Assembly: GCA_042408215.1 (NCBI GenBank)
Contig: JAYFMW010000016.1
Span: 1-64,000, forward strand
From: Microcoleus sp.
GTDB lineage: Bacteria; Cyanobacteriota; Cyanobacteriia; Cyanobacteriales; Microcoleaceae
Length of the DNA stretch: 64,000 nt
Reading direction: 5' to 3'
Shown: positions 41,951-52,346 of the stretch, one piece after another
How positions within the stretch are numbered: position 1 is the stretch's first letter
How the letters are laid out: every line of letters starts with the position of its first letter
The notes under the pieces: model-generated
What the model saw: the letters and a program-made list of their open reading frames with translations, nothing else
Told to the model about the DNA's origin: nothing
Database searches by the model: none
Program-made: the position numbers and the translations under genes

Positions 41951-42739
41951 TTAAGCTCCCATGCCCGAATACTGTTTCAAACCCTGTCGCCACAGCCACC
42001 GATTCCACACAAAAAACACCGCACTCCAACCCAACATTACCAACAAACCGCGCCCTACATCGACAGGTAATCCGATCAAAATTGAAGCGGGAAAATGAAT
42101 TAAATAAGGAAAAGGTGTCCACAAAACTACTTCGCGCACGGATGCGGGAAATACTTCCAGTGGCGCAACAAGTCCCGATAAAAATAGGTAAATTAACAAC
42201 CAGAATTGTTCGATCGCACTTGCCCTCTCTATCCAAAAAGCAAACAGCGCAAAAGTATACTGTATCAGAAAGCGCAGACAAAAAGCCAATACAATTACCA
42301 GCAAAAACAGCAAAAATCTCCCCGCACTCGGCAGCCAAAAAGACTGCGGGTAAAGTGCAAAAAACAGCAGCACCAATCCGCAGACAAACGGCAACCGGGC
42401 CAACCTTTCGGAAACGTGAGAGGCAAAGTGATGCCAGACGGGATCTAGAGGCTGCAACAACCTATTAGATAATGTCCCTTGCACGACTTCTTTTTCAAAT
42501 TCCCAAATCACCCAGACGACATTGGTTTGTCGGACAATGAAAGCTGCTAAAAAATAACGGGCAAAGTCGATCGGCTTTAACCCAAATTCCCCAGTTTGAG
42601 CCGCCTGCATCCAGACACCCATCAAGATAAACGGCAAAGCTCCCGACAGCGCCCACAAAAACAATTCTGCTCGGTATTCGAGCATATAAGCGTAGTAGGT
42701 AATTAGCAAAGTTTTAGCAATTCTGATGGATTTTGTCAT
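41951..42739 (-). CDS. ABC-2 transporter permease
   Basis: YMLEYRAE, G.LS..LLQP, SG...PL..FP; multiple TM helices. Confidence 0.9.
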   Translation of the reverse strand: MTKSIRIAKTLLITYYAYMLEYRAELFLWALSGALPFILMGVWMQAAQTGEFGLKPIDFARYFLAAFIVRQTNVVWVIWEFEKEVVQGTLSNRLLQPLDPVWHHFASHVSERLARLPFVCGLVLLFFALYPQSFWLPSAGRFLLFLLVIVLAFCLRFLIQYTFALFAFWIERASAIEQFWLLIYLFLSGLVAPLEVFPASVREVVLWTPFPYLIHFPASILIGLPVDVGRGLLVMLGWSAVFFVWNRWLWRQGLKQYSGMGA

Positions 42740-42752
42740 ATTTTAGATTTAA

Positions 42753-42915
42753 TTTTTCGGTGTTAGCAACGGGCTAGAAGCCCGTTCCACAAAAACATTG
42801 AAACTCTAGTGGAACAGGCCGGAAAGCCTGTTCAGTTTTTCGGTGTTAGCAACGGGCTAGAAGCCCGTTCGACAAAACATTGAAACTCTAGTGGAACAGG
42901 CCGGAAAGCCTGTTC
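42753..42915. repeat. Two tandem ~80-bp palindromic repeats; third copy at 49369-49450
   Basis: TTTTTCGGTGTTAGCAACGGGCTAGAAGCCCGTT...GTGGAACAGGCCGGAAAGCCTGTT. Confidence 0.9.
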
Positions 42916-43133
42916 AAGGTGAGTTCGACGGCTGAAATCCGAATCAACTAAAAGTGTAAATAGGAGCCTCAATATCATACAGAGATGGCTAATGTAGGAG
43001 CAATTGCGGAGTTGACCCTAGAGCCTTTCGTTCCTCAAGGTAAACTCCACGAAGGGCATTGCCTCAATATAGCTTCTGGTCAAAGTTTGAAGAATTTGAG
43101 AAGCAATGACCACCCTACATTTAATTCTAATTC

Positions 43134-44532
43134 TCAGTTCGCTAATTGTTGTTTGACATATTCCTTAATCGCAGGTTGAATAGTAAAAAATGTCTCTCCC
43201 GTTTCTGAATTTTTCTCTATCAATGAACGCCTTAATAGAGATTGTAAAGCGTTGAGTAATTCTGATTGGGGTATATAGGCTAAGATTTGGGAAATGGTAA
43301 TGCGATCGATCGCCCAGATTAGCCATAGTTGAGATCGCCTTTTTTTCAAGGGCTGATAATCGCTTAAACTGCTGATTTAATTTATATTCCAAATCTGCAA
43401 ATAAAAACGTGCTTTCCTGTTGCCATAAATCGGTAAAGCCTAAATCTTGAATAATTCTAGCAACCATTTTTAACCATAAAGGATTACCACTATATTGATT
43501 AATCATCTCTTGCCATTTTTCCTGAGTGTCTAAACCTTGTGATTTCAGAATTTCCCAAGCTGCATCCACATCTAAACCAGCTAATTGTAATGATTTACAG
43601 CTTTGATTTTCTGCTTCTAAGTCGGCAATTTCTAAGGGTTGATATCCACTCAGTAAGACAACGCAACTATTACGATCCGATTCTCCTATTTGTTTGAATA
43701 GTGAGGCATAATCTTCATATCCAGATTCATATTTACCTGCTAATTCTCCACTTTGAAAAAGCATCTGCACATCATCTAAGATGATTAAACAGCGATGTTT
43801 TCGCAAGGTGTCTATTAGGTGCGTTATGGAAGTTTGTTTCAAGTTTTGTTGATTATCTGTATTGACACTTCCAGACAGGAATTGTAAGAAGTTTGTTTGA
43901 ATTATCTCTAAACTAGGTTGATTGCGTAAGCTGCGCCAAAAGACATAATCAAAATTATCGGCAATTTGTTCGATTAATTTGACAGCGATCGCAGTTTTCC
44001 CAATACCAGATATACCTAATATTGTCACTAAGCGGCATTTTTCTTGAAGAATCCATTTTTGTAATGTAGTTAATTCTTGATAGCGCCCATAGAAGGTAGA
44101 AAGATTAGGCATTTCGCTTAAATCTTTTTTATTTGTAGCAGAGACATCTGGCTTGTGTATATTCGGATTTTTAGGGTCAGTTTGTGATACATTTGGGCAA
44201 TGTACAATTGTAGAACCACAATTAAAACTATTAACCTGTGCAAAGTCTGTTGCAGAATTTGATAAATCAATAGCTAATTTAGTTTTTTCCATAACTGCGC
44301 GAAAATTAGATTGATTCATATCTTCTTTTAATATATCTGAGAGAAGATTCCATAATTTAAAGCCTACACCTTTAACATATTTTGCCGATCTGATTTCAGT
44401 CTTAGCAATTTCGGGATATTTTAGATTTTGCCAAGTACCGCGCAAAATCGCTTTTTGCAAACTGTTTAAGCGTTTTCCGGTTTTGGTATAAACCAGATCA
44501 TCAAGAAAGGCTATGCCATTTTCAACTTTCAT
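43134..44532 (-). pseudogene. HTH + NB-ARC/STAND ATPase regulator, frameshifted near its 3' end
   Basis: GISGIGKT Walker A, IILDD Walker B, GNPL; the C-terminus (ITISQ...LQSLLRRSLIEK) lies in another frame after GCGATCGATCGC at 43302. Confidence 0.8.
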
Positions 44533-44723
44533 AGATTAGCTGAGGGCGTAAGTGCATTTTACTACTATAGCATAACTAAATGTGACTTTTGATAACTTTA
44601 GTCGAAAGAGGTAACTTTTTGTAACTTAAAGATCCTTTCAAAATAGCTACTTTATGTAACTTGGTTAGGCTAGACACGCATTAAATTATGAATTATAAAT
44701 TACCTATGGTTGGTTGAAAACGA

Positions 44724-45785
44724 TTGAGGATTCTTTTGATGCAGCCCGAATTGAAGTCATATCAATACAATTATCCTTTAAGGAAAAATGATGTGCTTGT
44801 TTGCCTTATCGATCGACATAGAATATATCCAGAACTTTCGCAAGAGATCTTATTAGCATCAAACAAATATGGCTTTACTTATTGCGAAAATATTGATTGT
44901 TCACTTCAATCTCATTCAAATTATATCTTGAGCCATTTAATCGTTGTTGATGGATTAGATCATCCAGAATCAACAACGTTCGACCATATGGATGTTATCA
45001 ATAATTTTACGTCTGCTACGATTGCAATGTCTTATTCATCTAAACAGTCTTTTGACTCGGCAAGTCCGACTGTAGAAAAAATGAAAAAGAATTATAGTCA
45101 AATTAATTTTCTCCTCCCTACACAGCATGGAGATAATTATATACCATCTCTTGATAAGTTGGTAGACAATGCTATTTGTGATTCTGTTAGAATCAAATAT
45201 GAGCCAAAATGTATTAGCAAAAATATAGACAAAATTCTTACCGAACATATTAGAGATTTTTTTGGGAATGTAAGTGCCTTCGTTGGGAAAAATAGTCTTT
45301 TTCATCGGGCTGAGACTGATGGATTTATCTCTTTAAGATGCCCAGATGGAGAAGGTTTTTTTATTACATCCACGAAAACGAGTAAGACTAATATTGATTT
45401 AAGTCGCATAGCCTACGTTCATTTTTACGATGAGTCATCCAATTTGCTGGCATACTCAGGCAATTTCCTTCCTTCATCAGATAGCGTAGAAGCTTCTGTA
45501 ATATATTCAAAAATGCTCAATGTTAGTGCAATTTTGCACACACACGCGAGTCGTCAATTCACTCGTAATCCCATGTTTTCCGATAAAATTGCAGTTCCAC
45601 CAATGAGGTACGGTGAGAAAGAACTTGGCGATAGTTTAGTTAGTTATTTTAAATCTAAAGAGGAAATTGATATGGCTATTATGGAAGATCATGGTGAGTT
45701 GTTCTTATCAACTGAGAGTCAGCCACATCTGGCTTATCAGGAAATCAAAAGAACCATAGAAAGTAATTTGCGTAAAGCGAAATAA
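44724..45785 (+). CDS. Unknown N-terminal domain fused to a class II aldolase/adducin domain
   Basis: G.ISLR, FFIT, PSSD, ILHTHA, MEDHG metal-binding His pattern. Confidence 0.7.
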   Translation: MRILLMQPELKSYQYNYPLRKNDVLVCLIDRHRIYPELSQEILLASNKYGFTYCENIDCSLQSHSNYILSHLIVVDGLDHPESTTFDHMDVINNFTSATIAMSYSSKQSFDSASPTVEKMKKNYSQINFLLPTQHGDNYIPSLDKLVDNAICDSVRIKYEPKCISKNIDKILTEHIRDFFGNVSAFVGKNSLFHRAETDGFISLRCPDGEGFFITSTKTSKTNIDLSRIAYVHFYDESSNLLAYSGNFLPSSDSVEASVIYSKMLNVSAILHTHASRQFTRNPMFSDKIAVPPMRYGEKELGDSLVSYFKSKEEIDMAIMEDHGELFLSTESQPHLAYQEIKRTIESNLRKAK

Positions 45786-45827
45786 CAGTAAGCCAAATAA
45801 CAGTGAAATCAGAGGAGTAACATAGAT

Positions 45828-46772
45828 ATGTCACATGAATTATATTTTAATTATGCTGAACTTTATGGATTAATAGCCGATGACCGGAATTTTATAGAAG
45901 AGCTAAACCGTCTTAGAGCGTTTACGCTTCCGTCAACTGGTCTCTTTGTCGAACTTTTTGCTGGACCAGCATATCATGGCACTCATCTTCTGAATGGTGG
46001 TTGGAATGGAAAAGTTGTAGCAATTGACAATTCTCCTGAAATGGAAAAAGTTGCTTGTAATAGAGGTTTTAACGGCAACTATCTGTGCGCTGATGCAATC
46101 ATTGGTTTAGAGCAAATTGTCAATGCATATTTGATATTTATTCCAAGATACTCAATTGTATTAGTTGACAAAGAATATGCGGCTAACTTATTTAACCAAG
46201 CCGCAAAATCTCTCCATACAAATGGCGTATTCTTTGTGGAAATCCATAAAGATGCAAATATTGAAAATCAGTTATATATTGGTGGAAGATGGGACGAACT
46301 CAGTATTCATAAGCGTATCCTAGAAACGCCTTTAGGTAAAATAGAGTGCATTTGGCCCTATAAAACTGAAATAGTGGACTCAGATCAAAAAATTGTGGAT
46401 ATGGATGTCAGAATCACCATTGCCAAAGATAATTTAGTTGATGAGTACATATTTACTTCCAGAGAACATCTCCATACAAAGGCTGATATCCTAAACTTTG
46501 CGGATGAAGCAGGTCTTAAAGAATTAAGAGAGCGAAGTTGCGAACTCGTGGATTCTTATCTTCTGGCGTTTGGTTTAAAGGAGTGCGACACAAAAACTAA
46601 CAGTCCCATATTGGCTGATACATTTCAATCAGACAGTTTAGAAGTGTTATCATTTAATAGACTCTTTGACATTAGCTCTGTTGATGCTTGCTCTGTTCAA
46701 TTAAAGAAGTCTGGTCTTGATGCAGACGCACATGATTCTCCCCTTTCTCTTCATGTATATAACCTACTATGA
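45828..46772 (+). CDS. Class I SAM-dependent methyltransferase
   Basis: GGAG RBS; YAELY N-terminus, VELFAGPAYHG, AIDNSPEM, L..NGVFFVE. Confidence 0.8.
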   Translation: MSHELYFNYAELYGLIADDRNFIEELNRLRAFTLPSTGLFVELFAGPAYHGTHLLNGGWNGKVVAIDNSPEMEKVACNRGFNGNYLCADAIIGLEQIVNAYLIFIPRYSIVLVDKEYAANLFNQAAKSLHTNGVFFVEIHKDANIENQLYIGGRWDELSIHKRILETPLGKIECIWPYKTEIVDSDQKIVDMDVRITIAKDNLVDEYIFTSREHLHTKADILNFADEAGLKELRERSCELVDSYLLAFGLKECDTKTNSPILADTFQSDSLEVLSFNRLFDISSVDACSVQLKKSGLDADAHDSPLSLHVYNLL

Positions 46773-48322
46773 AAACTATGAATAAACAAACGATCGCAAT
46801 TGTCCGTGTACCCTATTTGTCCGTATATAATCTGCTTGATGTTCGTGAAGAGCCGATTGCATCTTCATTGGCAGGATATTTAGATAGTGTAGGTGCCGCT
46901 TTTGAAGTTTTTGATTTCCACCTCGATCGTTCTGTAAACGTAAATACTTTAATCGAATTTGGAGCCAGTATTTACATATTATGTGTTCGTGGCACAGGGC
47001 TGCATTGGAAATATGCTCTTAAAATTTCACAACATCTTCTTTCAAAAACAGAAGCAAGGGTGATTTTTTATGGTCAAACTGGCAAACTTCAATATTGGAC
47101 AAGTCCATATCCTGAACGAACAGCAGTTATTCTGCACGACGAGCGAACTATTGCGAAAGAACTCGGACTGCCAGCCGATGGGCCTGATTTTAGTTCAAAC
47201 TTAACACATTATCCTTATGGATTGAAGTATATCAACGATCTCGGAACTAGACGCAAATTTTTTAAGGCAACAATAGAAACTACTCGTGGTTGCCACTATA
47301 GTTGCAAGTTTTGCTTCATCAATCACGGCACAAATTATGTTAATAGATATAGTCGCTGCCCTGCTGAAGTCGTAGTTAGGGATATTCAACAATACCTCGA
47401 TAATGGAATAAATAAGTTCTGGTTTTATGATGCTGAATTTATTGGCGCGGATCGAGAACATTATCCAGAGGTAATAAATTTATTGACAGGATTACGAGAT
47501 CAATTCTGTGGAAATATTGAAATAATGATATATAATCGAGCCGATACATTGGAGAGATTTGGGAACTACGAATTACTGGCAGATGCGGGTATTAAATCAA
47601 TCTTATTAGGCATAGAATCATTGCATGATGATGATTTAAAAGGGATGCGAAAAGGACAAACCAGTGCCACTGCTATAAATGCAATTAGAAAATTGCGAGA
47701 AAATCAGATATTTTGTAATTTATCATTTATTCTCTTTAACAAAACAGCAACTATACAGAGCTTACAAGAAAACATTTCTAGGTTGGCTGTTCTATATAAT
47801 GAAGAGAATTTTATCTATTTAGGCCAGACACTTTATTTTAGCTATGCCTTTGAATCAGATTGGGCACCAAATAGCCAAATGAGGTCACTTTCTAATAAAA
47901 CTAAGTTGTCTGGATCGACAGGCTCAACGATATCACCGTCAGAAGGTGTAACTTTCGACCCGTCTCTTGAACCTTTCGCTGAAATCTGCCGTATTATAAA
48001 CTATGAACAAATTCGGAAGCTTTGTGAACTTAATCTTAGAAAAGAAGATGGTGGACTTGCTGAGAAGCATAAAATTCACGAATGGGCAACGCTCCTCAAT
48101 TTATTAACATTGAATTTGATGCAGGTTGCTTTAGATGAATTTAAGTCTGGCTCTCTCACAATACATACTGTGCCATCTTATGAAAAATGGGTATATGCTT
48201 CATTCCAGAAATTTAATAATTCAATTTTGCCGAATGAAATAGCATATACTATTACTGATAAATGGGGTGATTTTGAGGGTGACTGGAACGGATGGGAGCA
48301 TCAGATTCCATCAATTTTTTAA
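46769..48322 (+). CDS. Radical SAM enzyme with B12-binding-like N-terminal domain
   Basis: TRGCHYSCKFC (CxxxCxxC), FYDAEF, LGIES, KG motifs. Confidence 0.85.
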   Translation: MKTMNKQTIAIVRVPYLSVYNLLDVREEPIASSLAGYLDSVGAAFEVFDFHLDRSVNVNTLIEFGASIYILCVRGTGLHWKYALKISQHLLSKTEARVIFYGQTGKLQYWTSPYPERTAVILHDERTIAKELGLPADGPDFSSNLTHYPYGLKYINDLGTRRKFFKATIETTRGCHYSCKFCFINHGTNYVNRYSRCPAEVVVRDIQQYLDNGINKFWFYDAEFIGADREHYPEVINLLTGLRDQFCGNIEIMIYNRADTLERFGNYELLADAGIKSILLGIESLHDDDLKGMRKGQTSATAINAIRKLRENQIFCNLSFILFNKTATIQSLQENISRLAVLYNEENFIYLGQTLYFSYAFESDWAPNSQMRSLSNKTKLSGSTGSTISPSEGVTFDPSLEPFAEICRIINYEQIRKLCELNLRKEDGGLAEKHKIHEWATLLNLLTLNLMQVALDEFKSGSLTIHTVPSYEKWVYASFQKFNNSILPNEIAYTITDKWGDFEGDWNGWEHQIPSIF

Positions 48323-48351
48323 AACAAGGTCAAAATCTAGAGGTTATTATC

Positions 48352-49044
48352 ATGTCTGAAAATAGAGTCGTATTTCTTACTGGCGCATCAAAGGGGTTAG
48401 GCGAAAATATTTGTGGACACTTGTTAGCAAGTGGTTTCAAAGTATTTGCAACTGCCAGGAACATTCCTGATAGTGCCAAAACAAAGAACAATGACCAAAT
48501 CATGTGGCATTCTCTTGATATATCTAGTTACACTCAATGCGAAACCGCTATAAATTCATGTCTGGAAAAGTTTGGTCATATTGATATCCTTATCAATAAT
48601 GCGTCTGCCTGCACAGGTGGAGTTACCATTGCTGATATTCCACACGCAGGTATAGATATTGAGATTGATACAACCTTTAAGGGAGCCGTCTATCTTTCAA
48701 AAATATTCATTGCAAAGATGTGTAAACGTCAGCAGGGAAAGATATTTTTCATTTCTTCAACATCTGGACTTGCTGGTGAACCAGGCAACAATTTTTACAG
48801 CATTTATGCTGCTTCTAAAGCAGCAATTATTAGATATTCAGAATGTTTGAATCAAGATATTTCTCAATATAATATGCAATCCCATGTTATAGTTCCGTGC
48901 AATATGAGAAGTAGCAACTTTGAACGCGAAGATGCTGTATCTTATTCAGATGTATCCGATCTTTTAATCAAAATGATAAAAATCGGTGATAATATTTCCC
49001 TTTCTCAAGTGATCCTAAGACCTGCCATAACGGATAACGTATAA
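48352..49044 (+). CDS. SDR oxidoreductase
   Basis: TGASKGLG, LINNA, YAASK; GAGG RBS before MSEN. Confidence 0.85.
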   Translation: MSENRVVFLTGASKGLGENICGHLLASGFKVFATARNIPDSAKTKNNDQIMWHSLDISSYTQCETAINSCLEKFGHIDILINNASACTGGVTIADIPHAGIDIEIDTTFKGAVYLSKIFIAKMCKRQQGKIFFISSTSGLAGEPGNNFYSIYAASKAAIIRYSECLNQDISQYNMQSHVIVPCNMRSSNFEREDAVSYSDVSDLLIKMIKIGDNISLSQVILRPAITDNV

Positions 49045-49476
49045 GCCGGAACGCAGTAAGGCGCCATATATTACTCAGTAGTCATGCCAAACATTGCGCT
49101 CCGCTCCGCCGCCCTCGGTTCACCGTTAAACGCAATCCCAACCTAAACTAACCCATAGTGCGAGGTTGAGGGTTCCAGCTTATCCCGAATTCATGCTAAG
49201 TTAACGTGAGTTCGATTGAGTCCGATCGCCTCACCGACACTCGGATTGGGCGGAAACGTTAAACCTGACAAGCTAATTTCCTGTCGCCCTTGGGAATTAT
49301 AGCTTGTGGTATTTTTATGTGAATTCTGACCACCCAATAGGCTTAATTTTCCCATCGAACTCACGTTGAGTTTTTCGGTGTTAGCAACGGGCTAGAAGCC
49401 CGTTCCACAAAAACCTTGAAACTCTAGTGGAACAGGCCGGAAAGCCTGTTATGGAGAATGAGCAGAACCAAAAAAA

Positions 49477-50457
49477 TTACACTTTTCCCGTGCGAAAAAC
49501 CCTGCCAATTACTTCTTCAATTGGCGGATCGGTAACAGTCAAATCCACCACTTCCAACTCCGCCAACATCTTCGCCACCCCCACCATCAATTCCTCCCTT
49601 TTTACCAAAAAACGCACCGACAGTCCCTCAATTGATTCTACCTCCCCGTAAGCAGAAGCACAATCTTTAGACAGCGGATTGGCTAATTCTACTTGAACTT
49701 CCCGATAAGGTGCAAATCTGTCGAGCAATCCATCTAAATTGCCATCATAAACTAATTGCCCTTCATGAATTAACAAAACTCGCTTGCACAAAGCAGTAAT
49801 GTCAGCCATATAGTGGCTCGTCAACAGCACCGTTGCTTGATAGCGTTCGTTATATTCCCGCAGAAATTTCCTAACACTAAACTGTGCGTTTATATCCAAA
49901 CCTAATGTCGGTTCATCTAAAAATAATACCTCCGGTTGATGCAGCAGCGCCGCCATCAATTCAGCTTTCATGCGTTCACCCAAAGACAGTTTTCGCACCG
50001 GCTGATTTAACTTGCCTTCTAGGGATAACATTTCGGTTAATTCCCCGACTCGCTGTCGATAATCTCGATCGGGAATGCCGTAGACAGCCGCATTGATTCT
50101 CAGAGAGTCGAGGACTGGCAAATCCCAGATTAACTGCTGTTTTTGACCCATGACTAAGGTGATTTTTTGCAAAAAATCAGCTTCGCGGCGGAAAGGAGTG
50201 CGATCGCACACACTTACCGTACCAGCAGACGGATAAATTAAACCAGTCAGCATTTTCAGCGTCGTAGTTTTGCCCGCACCATTAGCCCCCAGAAACCCCA
50301 CCACCTCCCCAGCTTCAATACTGAAAGAAACTCCCTCAACTGCTTTCACATTGCGATAAGTGCGGTTGAAAAAGTGCCGCAGCGTTCCTTTCAGTCCCGG
50401 TTCTTTAATGGCGATCGGATAAACTTTGCTCAAGTCTTCAACTAAGATAATTGGCAT
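49477..50457 (-). CDS. ABC transporter ATP-binding protein (partner of the 41951 permease)
   Basis: GANGAGKT, LSLGE, LFLDEP, TSH. Confidence 0.95.
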   Translation of the reverse strand: MPIILVEDLSKVYPIAIKEPGLKGTLRHFFNRTYRNVKAVEGVSFSIEAGEVVGFLGANGAGKTTTLKMLTGLIYPSAGTVSVCDRTPFRREADFLQKITLVMGQKQQLIWDLPVLDSLRINAAVYGIPDRDYRQRVGELTEMLSLEGKLNQPVRKLSLGERMKAELMAALLHQPEVLFLDEPTLGLDINAQFSVRKFLREYNERYQATVLLTSHYMADITALCKRVLLIHEGQLVYDGNLDGLLDRFAPYREVQVELANPLSKDCASAYGEVESIEGLSVRFLVKREELMVGVAKMLAELEVVDLTVTDPPIEEVIGRVFRTGKV

Positions 50458-50583
50458 CTGCTTAACTTTTAACTTTTAACTTTTATAGTCTGGACGCAAA
50501 AACCCGGTTTCTGAATGTAATTGCGTCATTTTAGGTTGACGACGATCGCGAGAAACCGGGTTTTTCAGGTTGATAGTGCGTAA

Positions 50584-50747
50584 TACCAATTTAATGGGTC
50601 GTTGCATATATCTCGCTCCCCCTAAATCCCCCTTAATAAGGGAGTAGGGTGTGAGTAGGGGTTGACGAAAGAGCAGAATCTTGTTCCCCCCTTATTAAGG
50701 GGGGTTAGGGGGGATCAGATTCTATGCAGCCTCATAAAAAACTGGTA
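50584..50747. mobile_element. MITE with TACCA ends and TAA duplication, nested inside another repeat
   Basis: TAA|TACCAATT...ACTGGTA|TAA splits TGCGTAA/GTCCT; related copy at 63847-63988. Confidence 0.8.
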
Positions 50748-50906
50748 TAAGTCCTCTTTTATTTTAATCTACGATATTCCCGTCAGGCTTGTGCCAAGAT
50801 GGAATCGTTAAAAATTTTGCCATATTTTCCCAGAATCAATCAGCGCGGACTGTAGAATCAGAATATTGCAAGATCTTCATTATTACATCTCACAAAGTTT
50901 ACAACT

Positions 50907-51725
50907 ATGGCACTCCAAGCAGATAATTCCGGCATCCCTCATTTGGTAGGAGACAATTCTCCAGAAAATATTACACTTACACCGGGACAAGTTGCTAACT
51001 TTCCGGGGGGAGTTTGGTTGCTGGGCGGCAATGATACTATTAGAGGTTCATCGGATGCAGAACGGATTTTTGGCAACGATGGCCAAGACAGTCTGTTAGG
51101 TGATGCCGGCAATGATTCTATTTACGGCGGCAAAGGCGATGACGATATTTTAGGAGAAATTGGCAATGATTTCCTCACAGGGGACAGCAATAGCGATTTC
51201 ATTGATGGTGGTGCAGGAAATGATTGGCTGCGCGGGGGTCAAGGGAGTGACTTGTTAGTTGGTGGTGAGGGCAATGATACTTTAATTGGCGACAGAGATG
51301 TTGATATTTACAAAGGTGGTGCGGGGAGCGATATTTTTGTGCTTCGAGTCGATCAAGCGGGAGCAAGAATCCTTGGCTTTGAAATTCCTGACGCAGTAAT
51401 TGTTGATTTTGATAAATCTAACGATTCGATTGGAATCAGTGTGGCATTTACTAACAGCAATATCTCCTTTGAACAGGTAAATTATAGCCTGAACGACCCC
51501 AGACTTTTGCTGATAGATACTGCAACTATAACCAATGGAACTAGCTTATTAGCCAAGGGCGGCATCTCCCAACGAGACCTCGATCCCGATGGTAATGGTC
51601 GTGTTGAAGCTACCAATATTAGATTCGGTGTTACGAATGCTTTGTTGGGGACTGTGTTGAATGTGACTCCGGCAGATTTAACTGGCCGTTTTATAAGCAA
51701 TACCCTGAAAACCCTGCGACTTTAG
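50907..51725 (+). CDS. Small RTX Ca-binding protein; its 3' end comes from an inserted element
   Basis: GGxGND nonapeptide repeats. Confidence 0.88.
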   Translation: MALQADNSGIPHLVGDNSPENITLTPGQVANFPGGVWLLGGNDTIRGSSDAERIFGNDGQDSLLGDAGNDSIYGGKGDDDILGEIGNDFLTGDSNSDFIDGGAGNDWLRGGQGSDLLVGGEGNDTLIGDRDVDIYKGGAGSDIFVLRVDQAGARILGFEIPDAVIVDFDKSNDSIGISVAFTNSNISFEQVNYSLNDPRLLLIDTATITNGTSLLAKGGISQRDLDPDGNGRVEATNIRFGVTNALLGTVLNVTPADLTGRFISNTLKTLRL

Positions 51726-51988
51726 TCCAGGGATGAAAGGGCGTTGCAGGATTTATCCTGCCTGCCCCATCTTGACAAACCGATTTTGGTTTGATAAAGT
51801 TGTTGAAACCTAGTTGGTGAAAAACCCGACAGTTGCAAGCCGTTAGGCAAAAAAGTAGCCATAAACTCAGCAATGAGCGAGTGGGTAGCGGGTATCTGAC
51901 TTACCCTTTAAGAACCGAAGTTTGGGTGGATTCATCCCCCAAAGTTTGTCCTTAAGAATCCCCGCGTCTTCAGACCGGGGAGTGTCAA
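51695..51988 (+). mobile_element. Non-autonomous IS200/IS605 derivative
   Basis: Follows TTAT; left hairpin CCCTG..CAGGG; right end AAGAATCCCCG..CGGGGAGTGTCAA. Confidence 0.75.
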
Positions 51989-52346
51989 TAATGCTAGTTC
52001 TTTGCTTTGAATTACAGTCTTGGAGGCAGAAACCGGGTTTGTTTACGAAAATACTGGACTTGAACCTTTAACGGTCGTGAAAAACCCGGTTTCTTTGTTA
52101 TATCCAATCCTCTCTTCATCGGAATTATTAATCTCTCTCCGATCTCCCTCTGCGTTCTCTGCGTTCTAGAAAGGTTAAATCATTCCGATGCAACCGGAAC
52201 TGATAATATTTATGCGTCCAGGACTAAATTAGCTAAAGGACTCTCGCGCGGGGTGGGGGCGGGTTTATTTAACCTTTCTGCACTGTTTCAAGCTCAAGAG
52301 TGAACCCGCCCCTACAGGTTTTTGAGAATGGTGGAAGATGTGAGTT

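Larger units (their letters stand above)
42917..49366. mobile_element. IR-bounded island (composite MITE-type element)
   Basis: AGGTGAGTTCGA at the left and TCGAACTCACGT at the right, inserted at the junction between repeat copies 2 and 3; internal MITE at 49204-49366. Confidence 0.65.

Noticed and set aside
44540..49200. RiPP cluster around the radical SAM gene
   Set aside because: No precursor ORF, SPASM cysteines, peptidase or dedicated exporter could be identified
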